Shown here in pieces: positions 54,641 to 64,000 of a stretch of DNA of 64,000 nt. Source of the stretch: the human T2T-CHM13v2.0 reference genome, Homo sapiens. The DNA lies in NCBI RefSeq assembly GCF_009914755.1, contig NC_060947.1; one strand, 5' to 3'. Positions within the stretch are counted from its first letter, which is position 1; every line of letters starts with the position of its first letter. The position numbers were made by a program, and so were the translations under genes. Below the pieces are notes generated by a model that had not been told where the DNA came from, searched no databases, and worked only from the letters and a program-made list of their open reading frames with translations.

Positions 54641-55045
54641 ATGTTATCAACACTGATGAATTGCCTAGACACCCCCAGCTGTTGGGAGTGCTATCGGCTG
54701 TCAGCCCTCACTGGGGACTATCTCAGCTAAATCTAGCTGACTAAATCAAGCCCATGCATTTTTTTCCAGGGCAATCTCATTCAATGATAATTGACCCAGG
54801 ATGCATAAAGACTCAGACCCTGGGCTTATCCCTGGACAATTTTGAAGGAACATCCAGCTCCAAAGTTCCTGTGGATTGCTAATGGGACTACATTCCAGCT
54901 CAACTTCTCCCTAGCCCAATCCTGCTTCCTTCTATAGGTGTTGGAAGGTATCCAAACACTCCCTAATAAATACCTCAGACTTCAACTTCAAGTTCCATTC
55001 TATATCATCTCCAAGTTTGCTTCTCAGGCAACCCAACTTATAACA
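54641..55045 (+). mobile_element. LTR16A-like (ERVL) LTR
   Basis: CCCCAGCTGTTGGGAGTGCT; CAGCTCAACTTCTCCCT..CCCAATCCTGCTTCC; CACTCCCTAATAAA. Confidence 0.7.
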
Positions 55046-55347
55046 AAGGTGAAGAGCTTAAAGTGAAAGTGCTTTGCCAAAAGGCATAATTATACCTCCA
55101 AGTCTATGGGAGCAGCCTCTTTATGTTTGCACAGTGTTTCAAAGTTTATATCTCATTGGAGTTTTTGGTCCATTCTGTGAGTTGAGGACAATTTTATCTC
55201 CAATTTAAAGATCAGAAATTTGAGTTTCAGAAAAGTTCCATGACCCGTAGTACACGGCTCAATTTACTAAATCATTGGTAGAATCCTAATAATGATGGTG
55301 TAGAGTGGCCTTAAGTTTGGGTACTGCTAAACTTGACTGTTACTTCC

Positions 55348-55998
55348 TGTATGAGTTCCACTGCCACCAAAACAAATTACCACAAATCTAGTGGCTTACA
55401 AGAACACAAATTTATTATCTTACAGTTCTGTAGGTCAGAAGTCCTTGAAGGCTTAGCTGGTTTCTCAGCTTCATGTTTAACAGGCCCAAAATCAAGCTGT
55501 TGGCTGGCTGAGCTCTTATTAAGAGGCTCTGGGAAATACCAGTTTCCAGAGTTATTCAAGTTTTCACGTCCTTGTGATTGTAGGACTGAGGTTCCCATTT
55601 CCTTTCTTGCTATCAACCAGGGTTTTTGCTCCTAGAGGCTGCCCATGTTCCTTCTTATTCTATGTGGCCCCCTCCTCCAGCATAAGCCAGTCAAGTTCTT
55701 TTTATGGCTCAAATCTTTCCAATTTTGTTTCTGTTGCATCTCTCTGAAGGCCTAATCTGCGTTTCTCTTTTGTTTCATCTCTCTTCTAACTTCAGCTGGA
55801 GAAAATTCATTGCCTGTAAGGTCTTCTGTGATTAGACTGAACCCATCTGAGTAATCTAGTTTCCTCTCCATGTTTTACGGTCCAGTATCCAAAATTACAT
55901 TGACAAAGTCCCTTCAGGTTAATACCTAGATTAGTGTTTGATTGAATAATCAGGGGATGGGAATCTTAGGAGGCCATCTTTGGAATTCTGCCAACCAT
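55348..55998 (-). mobile_element. MLT1E-like MaLR LTR
   Basis: AACAAATTACCACAAATCTAGTGGCTT; ATACCTAGATTAGTGTTTGATTGAATAA; GGCCATCTTTGGAATTCTGCC. Confidence 0.8.
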
Positions 55999-56399
55999 AT
56001 TTCGGGACTTGTGTATCTAAAGCAGATGGCAGCCCCAGGGCCCAGGAAGCAGGTTGTGTCTGATACATTTGAGCTTGCTAAATTTGGCCACTGCTTCTCA
56101 GAGGCTGCCACCTCTGAAATAAGGCACTATGAAAAACCAACAAAATTGCACAGCATTCTTTACACTCAGCCCCCATCTCCTTGAGATGTACCACTCTACA
56201 GTGTAAATATCGCTGATAGTTCTTTATGGGCAGGGTTTCCCAAATGTTCCTAATGATAGCATGCAACTGTTTCCCAGGGCTCTCCTCTAGATCCTTATTC
56301 AGTGTATCTGGGATGGAGCCCCCAAAATTCATATTTTTTGAAGGACCTCCATGTCACCTTGTCCTAAGGGAAGATGGTGATACACTGTCATAAGACTAA

Positions 56400-56757
56400 A
56401 GCCCTTTCCTGACACGAGGCTCTTGCATTTACTATTCCCTCTGTCTGGGTTACAACTGCCCTTGCACTTTGCAGGTCCAACTCCTTCTCATCCTTCATGT
56501 CTCAGTTTTTGTGTTCTCTTCTCAAAATGATGTTCCCTGACCACCTTATCTACTTGAGATTGTTCTGTTCCTAATTATATTTCAGCCCCCAACCACTTTC
56601 ATTTCCTGAACAATGCTGATCATAATCTGTACATATTTTGTTAAAGCATTTACTTGTTTCTTATCTATCTCCTAAACTAGCAGGCAATATTGACCAAGGC
56701 AAGGATCCTTTTATATTAGGCTCAACAAGTGTTCATTGGATGAATAAGTGAATGGAA
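56400..56757 (+). mobile_element. LINE-2 3' end
   Basis: CTCCTTCTCATCCTTCATGTCTCAG; TTCCCTGACCACC; ends GGATGAATAAGTGAATG. Confidence 0.7.
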
Positions 56758-57249
56758 AAATTGCAGAAAACTTATGAGCATGACACCACACTCCAATAAA
56801 AGCTAAAGTCCGCCAGGGCAAAAACATTCCCTAGGAACTCATCTATTGATTTCTCCATTTTCCTGATGAAAATATGTGAAAAAATAAAATATTTTTGTCC
56901 AGTTTGAATAAATAAACTTTTTGGAGGTGGATGCAATAGCAAGTCAACTGAGAGAAGATTTGTGTAGTGCTAGTATTTCAAATATTAAGGAAAACAGAAA
57001 CCAATTTGTTTCATGAGCACTTATTGCTATCTACCCATATGATAGTCCTCTGCTAAAATCTGTACTCAAATGTATATACACTGTCACCTAAACGTTAGTG
57101 AATAACCTAAACTTTAGGTTAAAAAACTACTTCAAGTGCTTCTCTCTTGGTTACTGTAAGTGCTGGGTCTAAGTCCTACCCTTTTAGGAGCAAAAGCTTC
57201 CATGAAGCAAATTTTGCTTCAGGATTTATTTATGTGTGAGTAAGCAAGG

Positions 57250-57742
57250 GGAGTACCTCTCCCTTCCTTCACCAGCCCTTAGATCTTTGCTCCATCTTTC
57301 TTTGCCCTTCTCTGTGCCCTAGGAGGCTGACCTCTATGGGCTTCATCAATTAACCCCCTATACCTCTGGCTTCTGGTTGCATTCAAGTAACGGAAGGTAT
57401 ACCTGGAGAGCAATCAGAGCACAGGAAACTTTTTAAAAGATCAAAGTAATTATTCCCCTGGCTGTCTCCCAGTTCCATACTATTCTTCTGTGATCACACT
57501 TCTTGTCAGTGGCCCCTCTTCTATGGTTGCAGCTATCACTGTGCCTGGTAGCTCTGTTCCCTCCCTTGTCTCATCACGGCTAAGGGTGCTAACATCTTCC
57601 TGATGTTGTTACACTCTGGTGCCCCAACATCCTTTAATGGTTCCATTAAGTCTACCCATACTTCTAAATAATTCCTTCAGTAAAAATATCTCTTCAAAAC
57701 TCCGGGCTCAGTGTACTGTTTTCTGCTTGACTTCTGACCTAT
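57250..57742 (+). mobile_element. LTR33-like (ERVL) LTR
   Basis: CTCTGTGCCCTAGGAGGCTGACCTCTATGG; CCTCTGGCTTCTGGTTG. Confidence 0.65.
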
Positions 57743-58584
57743 ATGCTCATTTTCCTTGGCCCAATTTCCCATTTCACTTGTGTGGTTACAAGACCAGAGA
57801 AGCTAAGAGGGCATTTCTAGGCTATTGTCTTCTTCTGCCTACTATTTACAACCATCCAGGATGCTAGGCAAATGTCTTCCACCAGTCTTTTTTCTGTCTC
57901 CATATTTCTGATATTTTTTTAAAAACCGAGAAAGACAGAATAAAAATTGTTCACAACGGGACAAGGATTTTCTTTTCGGCTTAATAGAAATTAGAGCTTA
58001 GAGTTTAAAGCTAATTTAAATTTCTTTAAATGAGGAAGTTTACCTTGACTATTTATATTTGCAAGCTTAATTGTTCAGCTTTGGAGCATTTTCAATAATT
58101 TTTGAATGATAATAAATTATTTGAGTGGCCTCTTTTATTTATAAAGTGCTTCATTTGGCTGTATTTCAAAAAATGCAACTTGGCAAATGATACTTGTTAT
58201 ATAAATGGTTCAGAAAAGAAAGAAATAAAGAGCTGATAAGGTATCCATTTTCGAATCACTGTAAATGGGTCTTAGCACTTGAACAACGTTCATCAAATGA
58301 GTATTTACCATTGTGCCTAATTGCAAAGAGGCTACTTTCTACAATTGGGTTGTAACATACCCTATGCCTATTAATGCAACTGAAATTTTATACAGATAAA
58401 TGAGGTATTATGTGGAAAATTCTTTGGATCTTAGGTGAAAAGGAGATACCAGTAAGGTGAAAACACTGGACCTGGATCTATCCTTAGCTATGACACATTC
58501 TAGAAATAAAATTTTCAACAAGCTACTTTACCAATTCATGCTTCAGGTTTTAGTAATAAAAAATTCTTGCTTCATAAATAATAA

Positions 58585-59075
58585 GTTAGTTTGTGTTTCC
58601 TCCAAAGCAGAGCCTGAGACAGGGACTAGAGTGCAGGTGATTTATTTGAGAGGTAGTCCCAGAAAGTAGAAATAAGAAAGCAGGGTAAATAAAAGTCAGG
58701 GAAGCAGAAAAATATAATTAAAAACTGCATGAATAAACTTGTTACCACCGTGGGTAACTTGAACTCAAACTTATTGGGAACTCTCTGAGCATCCATGTAG
58801 AATGTTTCTCAGAATTGTTCCTCTGAAAGAGGGGGGACAATGGCTAGAGCACTTATCCAGAGACTCTCCACTTGAAGGTTTCCACCACTGGATGTTAACT
58901 CCTAGCACCTCCAACTGTGCTTGTCCAGAGGTTAAGAGGGCCTCTAGGGCCCTAGGGCAGAAAAGAAAAGCAATGCTCTCTGTCCTTGAGGTTGAATACA
59001 TTTATGGTGCAGGGAACTGTCCACCGCAGAGATGCTAAAACCAGAGAGAGGTGATAAGGGGGAAAAATGCGTCTG
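58585..59075 (-). mobile_element. LTR16-like (ERVL) LTR
   Basis: AAGCAGAGCCTGAGACAGGGA..GAGTGCAGGTGATTTATTTGAGAGG..CCCAGAAAG. Confidence 0.65.
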
Positions 59076-60448
59076 TTGCAGGAAATATGCTTTAATTACT
59101 TTCTGTTCAGGGCTTAAACTAAGGAAGTTGTGGTGGGGAAGGGGAGGGAGGAAAGTTTCAAAAAGGATTTGTGGTAGAAATACCAAAGTTCATGACTAAT
59201 CAAATGGAAAAGTCTGGAATGAACTTGATACTTCTAGCATGGAAGGCTGGATAGATAATTGAGTTAATCACTGAGGTAGTAAATATGGTGCCAGGACAGT
59301 TTTGTTGAAGGAAAACAAAGAGATCACTGTTAGACACAACTTGGTTCAGAATAAAAACTTTGTTCACTTTCTAGTCTCCCTGATGTTCAGAGAGCCAATT
59401 CTCTTCCATCACAATGTTATTCCAGAATTCTCTAATTCCTTGTGGTAACAGGATTCTCAACTTAGGCCAGTAAATGGGCAGCCAGTTGAGCTACCTTTCC
59501 ACAGCAGAGCAGGTTGTAAAATGAACCAATGAAGATTTTTCATAGTGGGTGATATTGGGCTTGGGAGTATTTAGTCCTCTTCGTGTCTGATGTGGCCTTC
59601 ACATGGAGGGATAACAATGTAGTCCTCCTGGCCTCTCCATATGAGAATGACTTACCTGTTTGGTATGAGATAACAAAATGAGCTTGCATAATCCTTCTCC
59701 GTTCTCCTCTTCCTAGCCTGCCTGCAGAGGGTATAGGTTTTTTATTTCTCTTGTCTATTCCCTTGTATCAGAGACCTATGGTTTTCAGGAATGCGATGAA
59801 TTGGTACATTAAGTCTGATTTATTGTAGAGATATGCGTTAAGAAGTCCACGTGTCCACAAATATAAGCCACATTCTCCAATATCCTAAATATTGGTTTTC
59901 CCTGTGGCTCTAAATCCCAAGTGGCAAAGAGGGATGCTATTAGGGCTTCTTGAACCTCCACAAATGAAGGCTATTCAACTAGAAAGAACCACCAGAATCT
60001 TACCCATAAACTGCAGCTCACTCCAGAAAGGTACTGGTGATAAACAGAGAGACTTAATAATTGCTTAGGAATAGGGTGACTTTTTAAAATGAGACCAATA
60101 AAAGAGGGTGCATTTCCAAGAATTTAACAAAGACGTAGCCAGAAATCTAGACACTGACCCCAGGTGACCAGACATACAATTGTTTATGTAATTAGAGTAC
60201 ACAGGAGGAATACACTGGAATATTGGAAACATGAGGGGATAGAAAAAAAGACTGCTGTTTGGAACAGAATGTCTTTATAGGACATCTATTTCACTGAAAG
60301 GGACAGCGTTTTCTGGCTATTTCTCTTTCAGGGTCAGACAGCCAATTTTCCCTGTTACCAAGCATTTTGGCAAAATTATTATTTCTTTGTGCTTGAAAGG
60401 GCCTTAGAAAATTAATCCAGCTCCCTCATTTTTCTGTCCCCTCTAAAC

Positions 60449-60660
60449 ATAGGTACACAGAGCTTTTCATAAAGGGCCGGGTATTAAATATTCTGGGCGC
60501 CACAGGGTCTTCGTCACAACTCAGCTCTGCCATTGCAGCAGTGAAAACGCCATGAACAATACATAAGCAAATGGCCATGGCTGTGTGCCAAGAAAACTCA
60601 ATTTGCAAAAATATGCAATGGGCCATATTTGACCTGCAGGCTGTAGTTTGCCAACATGTG
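60449..60660 (+). mobile_element. MER58A hAT-Charlie MITE
   Basis: TAAAGGGCC..GTATTAAATATT; CTCAGCTCTGCCATTGCAGC; GGCTGTAGTTTGCCAAC. Confidence 0.85.
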
Positions 60661-60668
60661 TTCTATAC

Positions 60669-60918
60669 CAGTGTTACTTAAAATATGGCCTGAGTACCAG
60701 TGCCCATTCAAAACAAATGTTTATTGTAAGTCCACAATGAGATAGGTACAGAAGTTGACAGTAAACATGTAGAAACTTGCATCACAATTTGACATTACTG
60801 ATATCTAAACACATAATTTTAAGTAATATTTTCTTATTATATTTACCAAAAGTATCAGTTGTTGATGAATTGGAAATAAAACACCTGGTCCTTCACCCAT
60901 ACAGTTTGAGAAACAAAA
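60669..60918 (-). mobile_element. hAT-Charlie non-autonomous element (Charlie18a-like)
   Basis: CAGTGTTACTTAAA terminus; GAGATAGGTACAGAA; CTGGTCCTTCACC..CAGTTTGAGAA. Confidence 0.6.
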
Positions 60919-60924
60919 CTAAAT

Positions 60925-61060
60925 TCCATTCTCATCCTCATTTTCCAGACGGGGAAGGAGATTCAGAGAACAGAGCTGTTCAGTGTCATCCAGTCAGTTA
61001 GAGGCAGAGCCAGAATTTGAACCCAGGTTTTCCAATTCCAAGTTCAGTGATGTTCCATCA
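60925..61060 (-). mobile_element. MIR fragment
   Basis: CCTCATTTTCCAGAC; GGCAGAGCCAGAATTTGAACCCAGG. Confidence 0.75.
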
Positions 61061-62319
61061 TAAGGTACAAATGTCATAGGCTATGTTAATGACTTCATGC
61101 CTTATAACCTTCCTGCGTGGCTGCAGCTATAGCCTTGAGCCCTTAAGTGTGCTCAGAAAGTTAGATGATCATATACCAAGTGATTTTCTGTCAAGGTGAA
61201 GAATAGAACCCTTCAGCTTCTGAACTCCTAACCCTGTGTCTGGTGTTATCTGGGCCCAGATTGTTGCTCCAGGCCAGTCTGCCCTTTCCCAATTATGTAT
61301 TTACGATTCTGCAACTTTCAGGCTAAATAGATATGAGAAAGTACAAAGAAAAATTAATTTCAGTATCCCTTTTCATTTCCTCCCATGCAAAATTGCTGCA
61401 TTATGAGGTGAGCCCTATAGCTCTCAATGAAATAAAAAGCACATTCTCCCAAATATTCTGCCTTTCCTTCTATTCCCTACCATCTGCCCAAAAGATTTGT
61501 AACCCTCACTTACATAGAAAAAAAAAGATCTACTTATATACCCAAAGACAGTTCAGCTAGCTATTCAAAATGCAGTGAGTAATGTGGGACAAATGCAATG
61601 TCAGTGGAAGATAGAGCAGCTGACATCATTTGTAGAGGGCTCTTAAAAACCTACAAGTCTAAACGATGCCAAAAATTCGTCAAACGTCTCCACAAGATTA
61701 GCATAAAAAATGGTTACTTAAAAATGAATGAAAAGTATTGATTCAGAAATGAAAAAGAAGATTCCGGATAACGTAATTCAGTCTGTGAGATAAAATGGCC
61801 ACACCGTGGTAGGTCAAGGATCAGTTTTAGACACAACTGCTTGAATTTTATTTAGGGGACATTTTAATGCTTAGCAGTCTCAATTTCAGATTCCACTGAT
61901 TTGGCACCATTGGTAAATTATTTAGGATTTTGGCCAAAGTTTGCCTGCTCTGGATAAATGCTGCATAGATTTGAGACAATTACTATTGGACATTTATTGT
62001 GGATTTGATTCATACTAACAGACATTTCTAATTCTACATCATTTTTCTCTTTTCCTTAAATAGAGCCCAAAAGAGTCTTTGCTAGATGAAATGACAAGCT
62101 ACTTTATTTTGTTTCTGAATATCTGCATGAAACAAAAGGCACTTAATTTTAAAATGTCTTATAATTCAGATGCTCCATAATTCTGACGGGCCTTTTCTTT
62201 TAATTAATCTAGTGCTGACTAGGATTTTCAGAATCACTTCATTGTTGATATGTCTAGGGCAATGAAGACATTCAGGTTTACATGTATTCAAAAATGTTCA
62301 CCAAGAGGAAATGAAAAAA

Positions 62320-62930
62320 AAGTGCAACTGCTATGGAAAACAGTATGGTAGTTCCTAAAAAAAAAAATAGGATTATGGTATAACCCAGCAATCCCACTTC
62401 TGGGGAGATATCCAAACTAATTGAAAACAGAACTCAAAGAAATATTTTCATATTCATATTTATTGCGGTATTACAAAAACCAAGAGGGTGGAAGCAACCC
62501 AAATGTCCATCAATGGATGAATGGAAAAAGAAATCATGGTGTATACTTACAATGGAATATTGTTCAGCCTCAAAAAAGAAGAAAATTCCTTCACATGCTA
62601 CTTCATGGATGAACTTTGAAGACATTATGCTAAGTGACATAAGTCAGTCACAAAAAGACAAATACTGTTTGGTTCCACTTATATAAGATATGGAATATAG
62701 TCAAACTCATAGAAACAGAAAATAGAGTGGTGGTTTTCTGGGACTGGGAAGAAAGGGAAAGGGGTAGTTGTTGTTCAATGGGAATAATTTCAATTTTCCA
62801 AGATGAAAAAGTTCTAGAGATCTATCACACACCAATGTGAATATACTTAACACTACTGAACTGTACACTTAAAAATAATTAAGATGATACATTTTGTGTT
62901 TTCTACCACAATTTAAAAAATAAATTAATT
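62320..62930 (+). mobile_element. LINE-1 3' end (L1MA8-10-like)
   Basis: CTATGGAAAACAGTATGG; GCAACCCAAATGTCCATCAATGGATGAATGG; ACTTAACACTACTGAACTGTACACTTAAAA. Confidence 0.88.
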
Positions 62931-62979
62931 TTAGAAAATACTCACCAAGCCTCTACATATCCCATCATGGAGGCTTAGG

Positions 62980-63200
62980 AGGTAGTGCTGTAGTGGGAAA
63001 ACAACCTAGACTGTGGCATTAATAGACCAAGGTTCAAATCCAGCCCTGTCATTGTGTCAGGCAAGGTAAAGTACTTTTCTAAGCTTCAACTCCCTCATCT
63101 ATGATATATTTATCTTATAAGACCATTGATCAGATTAGAAGTAAACATGAATATAAGGCTTCTAGCATGCTCAAAAACTGATGGCTACAATGATGATAGT
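62980..63200 (+). mobile_element. MIR SINE followed by (GAT)n at ~63214-63240
   Basis: AGACCAAGGTTCAAATCCAGCCCTG; TCTAAGCTTCAACTCCCTCATCT. Confidence 0.75.
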
Positions 63201-64000
63201 GAGGATGGTGAACATGATGATGATGATGATGATGATGGTGACAACTTGTTGCAAGTTGCTACAGGAGAAATAAAAATCAAAAATAATTCTCAGCCTTAAA
63301 GGCCTTTTAGTGTTCGGGTTTTTTTTCTATTTGTTTCTATCTAGCAGATAGGGAAAACCCCCCAGGATTTTTTTTTTTTTTTAGGATGCTGTGGGGAGCC
63401 AATGACAAACTTATTCCTTTGTTTCATAATGGAGTAATTTTCAATGACGAGCCCACAACCTTCTATTCCAAACTCTTTATTTCCCGGGAGCAAAATAACC
63501 TTCTCAAATCATGACCTGAGCCTAGTTGCCACGAGTTTTGAAGACACTGCCTATGAACGAGACAGTCTGTGTTTAAAAGCCAGGAGTAAACCACTCCACA
63601 AAACACTTTGCCCATTCTTTCCTTGGATAAATTCATTTCTGCTCATATACGTTAGTTGTCATGCAGCCTGTGTGATTTATAGTTTATAGTCACAGATTAT
63701 GCCATGCATTATAGTTACTCTAGCATTTGTCTGCCCTATGGATTATTTTTAGGGCCTTCCTTTTGAAATTTTTATCTTAAGAAAAGCCTGTCATGGATCA
63801 TCATGGTTTTGGCTGCAGAGAATTTTTAATAAAGTATACTGGGTTACCTTATGAGTAAGAAGAAAACTAAAAGGGCCAGATAGCTAAAGAGTGGTGGGTT
63901 TTTGTTTTGTTTTGCCTTAGGTGATCAATAAAAACAAATAAAGTTCTTAAACAAGTTTCAGATTTTGATTATCTAGGCCAGGGGCTGGCAAATTGTTTCT

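Noticed and set aside
63979-64000. Start of a MER58-like terminus (CAGGGGCTGGCAAA)
   Set aside because: It is cut by the window edge and too short to support.

Overview
The window is AT-rich, CpG-poor primate (human-like) intergenic or deep-intronic DNA. I found no protein-coding exon, CpG island, RNA gene or prokaryotic system. Much of it is interspersed repeat: Alu, L1PA/PB/MA-ME, L2, MIR, MaLR/ERVL LTRs, and hAT/Tigger MERs. Repeat subfamily names come from my recollection of consensus sequences, not from a RepeatMasker run. The only gene-derived sequence is a disabled, full-length processed RPL35A pseudogene (5392-5835, minus strand). The signals most worth checking are: (i) three CTCF-consensus motifs at 31.5-34.7 kb, two inside old transposons with locally retained CpGs, including a divergent pair; (ii) an unexplained ~109-bp, ~95%-identical dispersed duplication (9.4 kb and 15.7 kb) whose second copy has a consensus splice donor next to an exon-like segment; (iii) a ~31-bp ultra-truncated young L1 insertion with a target-site duplication. 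I see no evidence for a new multi-gene biological system.
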